From an uncultured Limnohabitans sp. (GTDB lineage Bacteria > Pseudomonadota > Gammaproteobacteria > Burkholderiales > Burkholderiaceae_C): 64,000 nucleotides of DNA. Position numbers and translations under genes: made by a program. A model generated the notes under the pieces. That model was given only the letters and a program-made list of their open reading frames with translations, searched no databases and was not told where the DNA came from. The stretch covers positions 2,016 to 66,015 of the forward strand of contig CALEYZ010000022.1 of NCBI GenBank assembly GCA_937928195.1, written 5' to 3'. Of the stretch, positions 18,029 through 26,658 are shown piece by piece. The stretch's first letter is position 1. Each line of letters begins with the position of its first letter.

Positions 18029-18916
18029 TTATTCGGCCTGTACACCCAGTGACTGCTTGTAGGCACTCATCAAGGCGCGTGTCATCAAGGCTTGCGCCAA
18101 ATGTTTCCTGTACTCAGCAGATGCGTGCATGTCGCTGCCGGGTTGGCTTTGTTGAGCTGCTGTGTGAGCAACGTGTTGGGCCAGCTCTGGCGTCAGTTGT
18201 TGCTTGATCAGTGATGCGGCCAGTTCTGGGTAGACCAAAGGCGTGCCATCCACGCCACCCAAGCCCAAACTGATCCTTGAAATTGCACCATCTGCTGTCG
18301 TCTGAATTTGACATGCGGCGGAGGCCATGGCGAAGTCACCTTTTCGAATGGCCGTTTCCTCAAACGCAGTGCCAATGCGGCCGCCTTGCCAAACAGGCCA
18401 AGTGATGTCGGTCAGTGCCTCAGTTTCGCTCAGGGCCGTGAACATCGGACCTAAAAAGAATTCAGCCGCCTGCAGGGATCTTGCACCTTCATCATGCGAT
18501 TCAAGCTGCAATTTCACATCCAATACCAATGCCGCCAATGCCAGCTCTGCGGATGGGTCTGCATGGGCCAAACTGCCACCCACTGTGCCGCGATTGCGTG
18601 TTTGTTCGTGGCCGACCCATTTCAGGCCTTTGGCGACCAAGGGCAGGTGGGACGACAGTTGAGGGTGAAATTCCAAGTCGCGCTGCCTGACACCTGCGCC
18701 CAACTGCACGATTTGATCTTGCACTTGAATGTTTTTGAGACTGTCCAAGCGGTTAATGTCAATTAAGCAGGAGGGCCTTGCAAGACGCATGGCCATCATG
18801 GGCACCAAGCTTTGGCCACCCGCAATCAGTTTGGCGTCGCCACCATGTTGCTGAAGCGTCTCTAAGGCTTGAGCCAGAGAGTCAGCTCTCACGTAGTCAA
18901 AGGGTGCGGCTTTCAT
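18029..18916 (-). CDS. FAD-binding medium subunit (CoxM-like)
   Basis: MKAAPFDY, IAGGQSLVPMM..RLARP, RNRGTVGGSLAHADPSAE, D.HASAEYR. Confidence 0.92.
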   Translation of the reverse strand: MKAAPFDYVRADSLAQALETLQQHGGDAKLIAGGQSLVPMMAMRLARPSCLIDINRLDSLKNIQVQDQIVQLGAGVRQRDLEFHPQLSSHLPLVAKGLKWVGHEQTRNRGTVGGSLAHADPSAELALAALVLDVKLQLESHDEGARSLQAAEFFLGPMFTALSETEALTDITWPVWQGGRIGTAFEETAIRKGDFAMASAACQIQTTADGAISRISLGLGGVDGTPLVYPELAASLIKQQLTPELAQHVAHTAAQQSQPGSDMHASAEYRKHLAQALMTRALMSAYKQSLGVQAE

Positions 18917-19029
18917 GCGCGGGCACTCCTTTTCGACAACTTGCTTTTTCTCACGCAGGACTCCTTTGAGTGTCTAAATAGTTTCTGCCCGTTATGAGGG
19001 CGATGCAAATCAGTTTATTTCACGGACTT

Positions 19030-19042
19030 TGAAGAAAACTCA
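19030..19042. promoter_or_regulatory. Putative LysR-type T-N11-A operator in the divergent coxM/lysR intergenic region
   Basis: TGAAGAAAACTCA (TGA/TCA dyad, T-N11-A) 40 bp upstream of the LysR start. Confidence 0.4.
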
Positions 19043-19082
19043 CATCCAAGCAAGAAATCTAAAGCTTATGTAAGATGGCGGC

Positions 19083-20030
19083 ATGAGAAAACTTCCTCCA
19101 TTGAATGCGGTGCGCGCTTTTGAGGCTGCTGCACGCCACGTTAGCTTCACAAAAGCAGCCAAAGAACTTTTTGTCACACACGGTGCGGTCAGCAAACAGG
19201 TGGCAACGTTGGAAACTTGGCTGGGAACCACCTTGTTCAATCGAGCGCAGTCTCAGCTGAGCCTGACAGACGCAGGACGAACCTTTTTGGCAGCCGTTAC
19301 ACCTGCGCTCGACCGCATTGCCGTGACATCCATGCAATTGCTTGAGCAAACCGAACCCACGGCTTTGCGAATCAGTGCACCTCCCACCTTCACCATGCGA
19401 TGGTTGATTCCTCGCATTTCAGCTTTTCAAAGGCGACGAGGTGGGGTTGAGGTCAAGCTCACCACCTCGACCGCCACCGTCAATTTTGAGGACCGTGTCT
19501 ACGATGTGGCTATTCGGGGAGCGCATCAACCTTTGCCCGGCATGTTGTCCGTGCCATTCATGACCGAAACCATTGTGCCGATTTGTCACCCCGATCTGTT
19601 GGAGCAAGGCAAGTTAACTGACCCACAAAGTTTGAAAGACCATACCTTGATCAGCTATGACACCGAGCCCATGGCATGGTCAGAGTGGCTGCCCATGGCG
19701 GGTCAAGCAGATTTGCGTGTGTCGCATACCCTGCAGTTTGAGCAGATGTATTTCGCACTGCAAGCTGCCGCAGAAGGTTTGGGTGTGGTGTTGGTGCCGC
19801 TCTTTTTAGTGGCCGATGACATCATTGCGGGTCGATTGTGTGCACCCTTTGGCCTGTTAGGCGCACGTCAACGTCGCTACTACGCCAATGCCCCATTGAG
19901 TGCACAAGAAAGCCCAGTGATCGAGGGCTTCTGTGAATGGTTGCTCAAAGAAGGCCAAGACACAGAGCAGTCGATTGACCAACTGGCTGAAACCATGGGT
20001 TGGACAGTTACTGGCCATCCTGCTGTGTGA
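19083..20030 (+). CDS. LysR family transcriptional regulator (GcvA/AmpR type)
   Basis: LPPLNAVRAFEAAARH.SFTKAA.EL.VTHGAVS.QV..LE HTH; divergent from the Mo-hydroxylase operon. Confidence 0.92.
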   Translation: MRKLPPLNAVRAFEAAARHVSFTKAAKELFVTHGAVSKQVATLETWLGTTLFNRAQSQLSLTDAGRTFLAAVTPALDRIAVTSMQLLEQTEPTALRISAPPTFTMRWLIPRISAFQRRRGGVEVKLTTSTATVNFEDRVYDVAIRGAHQPLPGMLSVPFMTETIVPICHPDLLEQGKLTDPQSLKDHTLISYDTEPMAWSEWLPMAGQADLRVSHTLQFEQMYFALQAAAEGLGVVLVPLFLVADDIIAGRLCAPFGLLGARQRRYYANAPLSAQESPVIEGFCEWLLKEGQDTEQSIDQLAETMGWTVTGHPAV

Positions 20031-20106
20031 GTATTTCTCTGGTTCGGTCTGATGCATTTGAAAAACAATACGGGCATCATCGAAACTTCTTTTTGAATTA
20101 GCAGTC

Positions 20107-21738
20107 ATGAGTCAATCACATACCGGTTACCCCGACCTTCACGATCATTTGGAGACACTCAAACAACGAGGCTTGCTGCAAGTCATCGATCGTCCCATCG
20201 ACAAAGATTCTGAGCTTCACCCATTGGTCCGCTGGCAATTTGTGGGGGGCATGGATGAAGCTGAGCGCAAAGCTTTTCTGTTTACCAACATCGTGAATGC
20301 GCAAGGTCGTCGCTACGACATTCCTGTCGTGGTCGGCGCATTGGCTGCCAACCGAGAAATTTACAGCGTTGGCATGGGCTCTACTGTTGAAGACATTCAA
20401 GCACGCTGGGACCAGGCCATTGCCAACCCCATTCCACCTCAGATGGTTGAGAAAGCTGAGTGCCAAGAAGTGGTTCACGAAGGCGCTGATTTACAAGGCG
20501 AAGGCCATGGCTTGGACATGTTGCCGATCCCCATTTCAACCCCCGGTTTTGACAGTGCACCGACACTGACGGCAACCAATGTGATCACGGTGGATCCAGA
20601 AACGGGTGTTCAAAACATGGGCACTTATCGTTGCGCTTTGAAAGCACCTGATCGCATGGTTGTTCGAATGGCCACACGCGTGGGAGGGGCTGGAGGCTAC
20701 CTGCATTACCAGGCTTGGAAAAAAGCAGGTCACAAAACCATGCCGTGCGCTGTGGTCTTGGGTTGCCCACCTTTTGTTGCATTCATGGGCCCTCAAAAAT
20801 TGCCGATTGGCATGGATGAGTTTGATGTCGCTGGTGGTTTGGCTGGAGTCCCCATTCAAATCACCAAAGGCCGCACCGTTGATTTGCGCGTTCCCGCCCA
20901 AGCGGAGATCGTGATCGAAGGTCAAATTGATTTGGACATGTTGGAGCCCGAGGCACCGTTTGGTGAATCACATGGTCACGTTGCATTGGAAGAATACAAC
21001 TTGCCCATGAAAATTACGGCCATCACGCATCGATTGAAGCCCGTGATTCCTTCCTACATCAGCCAAGTTGCACCCAGTGAATCGAGTGTGATCAAACGGG
21101 TGGCCTACGAACCCTTGTTCTTGGCCCATCTGCGCAGTTCTTTGGGCATTCGGGGTGTGAAGAAAGTGTCTTTGCATGAACCGCTCACAGGTTTGTTGCG
21201 CGTCACCATCGTCACCTTTGAAAAGTCCACACCGAAAACAGAAATTTGGCGTGCCTTGTATGGTGCAGCTTTCTTCAAAGGCGATTGCGGAAAAATCGTG
21301 ATTGCCGTCAATGAAGACATTGATCCCGACAATGCCGATGCCTTGCTTTGGGCCATGGCCTATCGCATGAATCCTGTGGCCGACGTTCGTACCTTGGACC
21401 ACCGCGGCCAAGGGCATGGTCCTAAACGTGAAAACGATGGTGAAGAAGATTCAACTTTGTTGATGGACGCCACCATGAAGGGGGACATGCCGCCTTTGGC
21501 GCTGCCAACACAGCCCTACATGGAACGGTCAAAAGCCATTTGGGAAGAAATGGGCTTGCCCAAATTGCGGCCTCAAGCGCCATGGTTCGGTTACTCGTTG
21601 GGCGATTGGTTGCCCCAATGGGATGAAGCCGCAGAACGCGCAGCCACAGGTCGCTATTTAGAAAACGGCAAGATCAGCTTGAAACATCAACGCAACGATG
21701 TCAAAGCCGAGTCCAAATTCAGGCCCGATGAAGTTTGA
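20107..21738 (+). CDS. UbiD family prFMN-dependent (de)carboxylase (second paralogue)
   Basis: NMGTYR, VPAQAEIVIEG, EAPFGESHGH, VNEDIDPDNADALLWAM; clearly homologous to 9891-11717. Confidence 0.9.
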   Translation: MSQSHTGYPDLHDHLETLKQRGLLQVIDRPIDKDSELHPLVRWQFVGGMDEAERKAFLFTNIVNAQGRRYDIPVVVGALAANREIYSVGMGSTVEDIQARWDQAIANPIPPQMVEKAECQEVVHEGADLQGEGHGLDMLPIPISTPGFDSAPTLTATNVITVDPETGVQNMGTYRCALKAPDRMVVRMATRVGGAGGYLHYQAWKKAGHKTMPCAVVLGCPPFVAFMGPQKLPIGMDEFDVAGGLAGVPIQITKGRTVDLRVPAQAEIVIEGQIDLDMLEPEAPFGESHGHVALEEYNLPMKITAITHRLKPVIPSYISQVAPSESSVIKRVAYEPLFLAHLRSSLGIRGVKKVSLHEPLTGLLRVTIVTFEKSTPKTEIWRALYGAAFFKGDCGKIVIAVNEDIDPDNADALLWAMAYRMNPVADVRTLDHRGQGHGPKRENDGEEDSTLLMDATMKGDMPPLALPTQPYMERSKAIWEEMGLPKLRPQAPWFGYSLGDWLPQWDEAAERAATGRYLENGKISLKHQRNDVKAESKFRPDEV

Positions 21739-21761
21739 AAGACATTGACACCCCAAACGCC

Positions 21762-22361
21762 ATGAGCAACACCACGCCATCCTCTTCCAAAAGACGCTTG
21801 ATCGTCGGCATCAGTGGTGCTTCAGGCATCGTCTATGGTGTTCGTTTGCTTCAGGTGCTCCAACAATCAGATGTTGAGACCCACCTGGTCATGAGCGATT
21901 CTGCGCGCATGACATTGGCCACCGAATTGGACATGAGCGTGAAAGAGGTGGAAGCCTTGGCCACCGAAGTCCACAGCGCCAAAAACATCGGCGCAACCAT
22001 TTCTTCGGGATCGTTCAAAACCATGGGCATGGTGGTTGCGCCGTGTTCCATCAAGTCTTTGTCTGAAATCGCTTATGGCTTGACTGGCGGGTTGCTGTCA
22101 CGCGCTGCCGATGTGGTTTTGAAAGAGCGCCGCCGTCTGGTCTTGTTGGTCCGTGAAACGCCGTTGCACACAGGGCACATTCGCACCATGCTTCAAGCCT
22201 CAGAAAATGGCGCTATTTTGATGCCGCCTGTTCCTGCGCTGTATGCACGCCCCAACTCCATTGATGACATGGTCAATCACACCGTGGGCCGTTGCTTGGA
22301 TTTGTTTGACATTGAAACCGAACTGGTCACCCGTTGGGCTGGTATGGGCCAAAACAAGTAA
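21762..22361 (+). CDS. ubiX: Flavin prenyltransferase UbiX
   Basis: IVGISGASG.VYG, ISSGSF, APCS..SLS.IA.G, RAADV.LKERR.LVL..RETP, PP.PA.Y. Confidence 0.93.
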   Translation: MSNTTPSSSKRRLIVGISGASGIVYGVRLLQVLQQSDVETHLVMSDSARMTLATELDMSVKEVEALATEVHSAKNIGATISSGSFKTMGMVVAPCSIKSLSEIAYGLTGGLLSRAADVVLKERRRLVLLVRETPLHTGHIRTMLQASENGAILMPPVPALYARPNSIDDMVNHTVGRCLDLFDIETELVTRWAGMGQNK

Positions 22362-22370
22362 AGCGCTGGT

Positions 22371-22655
22371 ATGCAGACCTTGTTCGTTTACTACAAATTG
22401 CCAGTGACCGATCACGATCAGTGGCGACCACGCGTTGAAGCTTTTCAAAATGAACTGAGGCAAAAGTGGTCTGGCCTCAGTACATCTCTAATGCAAAGAC
22501 CAGAAGCAACGCCAGAGGGCATTGAAACCTGGATGGAAATTTACAGTCACGCGGAAGGTGTCACGCAAGAAATCATGGACAGCATTGCTGCCTTGGCCCT
22601 TGCGCATGGCTTGCCGCCTAAAAGAATGGCTGAGTTTTTCATTCCATTGCGATAA
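22371..22655 (+). CDS. DUF4936 family protein
   Basis: LFVYYK, L..RPE, TWME.Y and terminal R..E.F pattern. Confidence 0.7.
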   Translation: MQTLFVYYKLPVTDHDQWRPRVEAFQNELRQKWSGLSTSLMQRPEATPEGIETWMEIYSHAEGVTQEIMDSIAALALAHGLPPKRMAEFFIPLR

Positions 22656-22690
22656 AACTTCAAAAACCTGTCTATTTGAGGAGCACAAAG

Positions 22691-24685
22691 ATGACAGAAT
22701 TTAATAAACAGGACCTCTCAGCAGAGTCAAGTCCTGGGATTCCCTCTGTGGCAAGGCGCGGATTTTTAAGTGGTGTTTTGGCTTCAAGTGCCGCAACCAC
22801 TGCCGCAACTTTAGGCGCGCAGCCAGTACAGGCTGCCGGGCCCGCCAAGCCTTCTGTACTGACGCCTTCGGCCAAAGGAGCGCAGGCAGAAACTGGCATC
22901 CCTCCTGATTTGGGCCATGGCGAAGGCATGCCTGGCTCGGACTTCATGGTGGATGTCATCAAATCCTTGGACATCAAGTACTTGCCATCCAATTGCGCGT
23001 CAAGTTTTCGAGCATTGCACGAATCGTTGATCGATTACGGTGGCAACACCAAGCCGGAATTTTTGACCTGCATGCACGAAGAGTCCGCTGTCGCCATGGG
23101 GCATGGGTACTTCAAGGCTTCAGGCAAGCCTTTGCTCACGTTGTGTCACGGTACCGTGGGATTGCAACACGCATCGATGGGCATTTACAACGCTTGGTGC
23201 GATCGAGTGCCCGTCATTGTGGTCGGTGGTAACGACATGGATGCCGCTTATCGCCCACCCGGTGTTCCCACATTTCATGCTGCGCAAGACATCAATGCCA
23301 TGGTGCGTGACTACACCAAGTGGGACGATGCCCCAGTCTCTCTGCAGCACTTCTCGCAATCATTTGTTCGCGCCTACAAAATTGCAATGACACCGCCTTA
23401 TGGGCCTGTCGCCATTTCTTTGGATGCGGCACTTCAAATGGCACCCGTGCACTTGCACGATGGCAAGATGCCTTACATCCCTCGTTATGTCCCGACTTCA
23501 CCGCCACAAGGTGATTCCGGTGCTGTGAAAGAGGCTGCCAAATTGCTGGCCCATGCGCAAAACCCAGTCATCGTGGTGGACCGTGCTGCGCGCACGCCTG
23601 AGGGGGTCGGTCTGCTGGTTCAATTGGCGGAGTTGCTGCAGGCCAAGGTGATTGACCAAGGCAGTCGCATGAATTTTCCCAAAACCCATTACCTGTCTGC
23701 ACCTGCAACTGCGGTCAGAACGGCTGATGTGATCATTGGCATGGAGTTGTCAGACTTTTGGGCAACCGTGAACTTATACACGGACAACAATGCCAACGGG
23801 GGGCATGGCATCAATGCCAGCAACATCAAGCCCGATGCGAAATTGATCAGCATCAGTTCTGTGGATTTATTGACCAAGTCCAATTACCAAGACTTCCAAC
23901 GCTTCCAAGTGGTGGATGTTCAAATGGCGGCAGATGCACAAGCAACTTTGCCAGCATTGATTGAAGCCGTTCGTTCGGCCATGCCCGCAGACAAAAAAGA
24001 CGCCATCCTCAAGCGCGGCGAATTGCAGCGCAAAGCCTATGAAGAGGAGCGCGTGCGCACACGGACCGCTGCTGCATTGGGTTGGAACGAGAGTCCGATC
24101 AGCACGGCGCGTTTGGTGATGGAAACCTTCGCCGCGGTCAAAGACGAAGATTGGTCGCTGGTGGCATCCGAGGGCAATGTCAGCAATTGGCCTACTCGAC
24201 TTTGGCCGATGGAAAAGCATCACCACTGGTTGGGCCGTTCTGGTGGCTATGGCGTCGGGTATGGCGCACCAGCTTCCGTTGGCGCAGCTTTGGCCAACCG
24301 CGATCTGGGGCGTTTTTCCGTCAGCATCCAGTCGGATGGTGATTTGATGTTTGCGCCAGGTGTACTCTGGACCGCCGCCAAACACAAAATTCCATTGCTG
24401 GCCGTCATGCACAACAACCGCGGCTATCACCAAGAGGTGATGCACATTCAACGCTTGGCCAATTTCAGAAACCGCAAGGTGAATCTGGAAGGTGACATGG
24501 GCCCTGTCGGCACCAGCATTCAAAACCCGGATATCCAATACCATGAGCTGGCCAAGTCCATGGGCTGGTGGGCCAAAGGGCCCATCAAGGATCCGGCGCA
24601 ATTGGCGTCTGCATTGAAGGAGGCTGTTGCTGTTGTGAAGTCAGGCCATCCTGCGTTGTTGAACGTGTGGACACAACCTCGTTGA
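22691..24685 (+). CDS. Thiamine diphosphate-dependent enzyme with twin-arginine (Tat) signal peptide
   Basis: GAGGAG RBS; ARRGFLS-hydrophobic-VQA signal; HEESAVAM.HGY catalytic Glu; SDGD...HNN ThDP/Mg motif. Confidence 0.85.
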   Translation: MTEFNKQDLSAESSPGIPSVARRGFLSGVLASSAATTAATLGAQPVQAAGPAKPSVLTPSAKGAQAETGIPPDLGHGEGMPGSDFMVDVIKSLDIKYLPSNCASSFRALHESLIDYGGNTKPEFLTCMHEESAVAMGHGYFKASGKPLLTLCHGTVGLQHASMGIYNAWCDRVPVIVVGGNDMDAAYRPPGVPTFHAAQDINAMVRDYTKWDDAPVSLQHFSQSFVRAYKIAMTPPYGPVAISLDAALQMAPVHLHDGKMPYIPRYVPTSPPQGDSGAVKEAAKLLAHAQNPVIVVDRAARTPEGVGLLVQLAELLQAKVIDQGSRMNFPKTHYLSAPATAVRTADVIIGMELSDFWATVNLYTDNNANGGHGINASNIKPDAKLISISSVDLLTKSNYQDFQRFQVVDVQMAADAQATLPALIEAVRSAMPADKKDAILKRGELQRKAYEEERVRTRTAAALGWNESPISTARLVMETFAAVKDEDWSLVASEGNVSNWPTRLWPMEKHHHWLGRSGGYGVGYGAPASVGAALANRDLGRFSVSIQSDGDLMFAPGVLWTAAKHKIPLLAVMHNNRGYHQEVMHIQRLANFRNRKVNLEGDMGPVGTSIQNPDIQYHELAKSMGWWAKGPIKDPAQLASALKEAVAVVKSGHPALLNVWTQPR

Positions 24686-24699
24686 ACAAGGAGAAAAAC

Positions 24700-25062
24700 A
24701 TGCGTCTATCTCTGAACACCTCTGTGAAGTATTCTGCGGTTTTGCTTTTGTTGTTGGGCACCTTGGGTTCTGCAATGGCACAGGCCAGCACAGCGTCCGC
24801 TGAAAAGGGAAAAGTGGCCTTTGTTCAAAATGGCTGTTGGCAATGTCATGGTTTTGTGGGGCAGGGTGGACTGGCCGGCGCGAAGTTGGCCCCAGACCCT
24901 AAGCCCATTGAATACTTTCAAGCGTTTGTCCGCAACAGCGTTGGCCCGATGCCTAAATACACGGAAAAAATACTGTCAAACCAAGACTTGGCAGACATCC
25001 ATGCTTACCTCAAGTCCATTCCCAAAGGCCCAGACTACAAGGCCATTCCATTGCTGAATTGA
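24700..25062 (+). CDS. Periplasmic monoheme cytochrome c
   Basis: AAGGAG RBS, Sec signal peptide (..AMA), CWQCH heme motif, distal Met in GPMP. Confidence 0.9.
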   Translation: MRLSLNTSVKYSAVLLLLLGTLGSAMAQASTASAEKGKVAFVQNGCWQCHGFVGQGGLAGAKLAPDPKPIEYFQAFVRNSVGPMPKYTEKILSNQDLADIHAYLKSIPKGPDYKAIPLLN

Positions 25063-25104
25063 TCGTCTGATGAATTAACGTCTTTACAGACTTTCCCCAA
25101 GCCC

Positions 25105-25153
25105 GGGCTATGCGGCTGCATGACACAATGCAGCTCATAGCCCCATTTTTTTT
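25105..25153 (+). terminator. Probable intrinsic terminator after the cytochrome c gene
   Basis: Imperfect stem GGGCTATG..GCTGCAT / ATGCAGC.CATAGCCC followed by a T8 run. Confidence 0.6.
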
Positions 25154-25182
25154 GGGGCACGGCGAAGAAATGAACAAGTAGC

Positions 25183-26658
25183 ATGCAACAAGACATTTTG
25201 ATCAATTGGTCTCCTCAGGAAACGCGCGTTGCCGTGGTTGAAATGGGCGCTGTGCAAGAGCTTCATGTCGAGCGGTCACTTGAGCGCGGCTTGGTCGGTA
25301 ACATCTATCTCGGCAAAGTTGCGCGTGTTTTGCCTGGCATGCAGTCCGCCTTCATCGACATTGGCTTAGAACGGGCAGCTTTTCTGCACGTCGCCGATGT
25401 TTGGCAGCGGCAACCAGAGGGCGAGCCCCCGCAAATAGCCAGAAGTGCGCAACCTCTTGTCCCCATCGAAAAGCAGGTCTTTGAGGGTCAAGCCTTGATG
25501 GTCCAAGTGGTCAAAGATCCAATTGGTACCAAGGGTGCACGTTTGTCGACTCAAATTAGCATCGCTGGGCGGCACTTGGTTTTTTTGCCGCAAGATGATC
25601 ATATCGGCGTGTCACAAAAAATTCCAACAGAGCAGCGCGATGCATTGCGCCAGCGTTTGCAAAGCTTGGTTGGAACCCAAGGCGGTGGTTTCATCTTGCG
25701 TACCAATGCGGAAGATTCCAGCGATGCAGAGTTGGGTGAGGACATCGCGTATTTGCGTAAAACTTGGGCTCGCATCAAAGATGCCTCTATCAGACTGCCG
25801 GTTCAATCACTGTTGCACCAAGACCTCACACTGCTTCAGCGCGTGTTGAGAGACTTGGTCGGGGAATCGACCCAAACCATACGCATTGACTCGAAGGAGC
25901 AGTTTGAAGCTTTGCTGACCTTCGCCAAGGAGTTCATGCCTGCAGCAGCAGCGCGTCTACAGTTGTACAAAGGGGAACGCCCCATCTTTGATCTCTATGC
26001 CATTGACGAGGAAGTGGCCAAAGCTTTGGGGCGACGCGTTGAGTTGAAGTCGGGCGGGTATTTGATCATTGATCAAACAGAAGCATTGACCACCGTCGAT
26101 GTCAATACGGGCGGCTATGTTGGTGCTCGTAATTTTGACGACACCATTTTCAAAACAAATCTAGAGGCTGCTCATGCCATTGCACGTCAATTGCGCTTGC
26201 GTAATTTAGGTGGCATCATCATTGTTGACTTCATTGACATGACGCGTGAAGAGCATCAGAGCGCAGTCCTGGATGAATTTAAAAAACAATTGGCCAGAGA
26301 CCGCGTTAAAACCATGGCAGGTGGTTTTTCACAACTGGGCTTGTTGGAGATGACGCGAAAGCGCACACGTGAATCGCTGTCGCACATGTTGTGTGAACCT
26401 TGCCCTAGCTGTGCAGGGAAGGGCAGTGTCAAAACCACCCGCACAGTTGTCTATGACATTTTGCGAGAAATATTGAGAGAAGCCCGGCAGTTCAACCCGC
26501 GAGAGTTTAGAGTGGTCGCGTCCCCCGCGGTTGTCGAAATGTTGTTAGACGAAGAGAGTCAACATTTGGCTGCACTTTCAGATTTCATTGCCAAGCCTAT
26601 TTCGTTACAGAGCGAGTCAGTCATGGGGCAAGAGCAATACGATATTGTGCTGCTTTAA
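25183..26658 (+). CDS. rng: Ribonuclease G
   Basis: GNIYLGKV.RVLPGMQSAFIDIG, DVNTG, IARQLRLRNLGGIIIVDFIDM, CP.C.G.G. Confidence 0.95.
   Translation: MQQDILINWSPQETRVAVVEMGAVQELHVERSLERGLVGNIYLGKVARVLPGMQSAFIDIGLERAAFLHVADVWQRQPEGEPPQIARSAQPLVPIEKQVFEGQALMVQVVKDPIGTKGARLSTQISIAGRHLVFLPQDDHIGVSQKIPTEQRDALRQRLQSLVGTQGGGFILRTNAEDSSDAELGEDIAYLRKTWARIKDASIRLPVQSLLHQDLTLLQRVLRDLVGESTQTIRIDSKEQFEALLTFAKEFMPAAAARLQLYKGERPIFDLYAIDEEVAKALGRRVELKSGGYLIIDQTEALTTVDVNTGGYVGARNFDDTIFKTNLEAAHAIARQLRLRNLGGIIIVDFIDMTREEHQSAVLDEFKKQLARDRVKTMAGGFSQLGLLEMTRKRTRESLSHMLCEPCPSCAGKGSVKTTRTVVYDILREILREARQFNPREFRVVASPAVVEMLLDEESQHLAALSDFIAKPISLQSESVMGQEQYDIVLL

Noticed and set aside
15123-18916. Aerobic CO dehydrogenase call
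   Set aside because: Lacks the AYxCSFR Cu-binding loop and the coxDEF accessory genes.
20107-22361. Ubiquinone biosynthesis ubiD-ubiX
   Set aside because: The sequence does not resemble canonical UbiD, is duplicated, and sits in a LysR-associated catabolic context.
22691-24685. Biosynthetic acetolactate synthase (ilvB/ilvI) call
   Set aside because: No ilvH or ilvC neighbours, a Tat-like signal, and divergent motifs.
24568-24699. N-terminal extension of cytochrome c given by the ORF track
   Set aside because: Overlaps the ThDP gene; the RBS and signal peptide support ATG at 24700.
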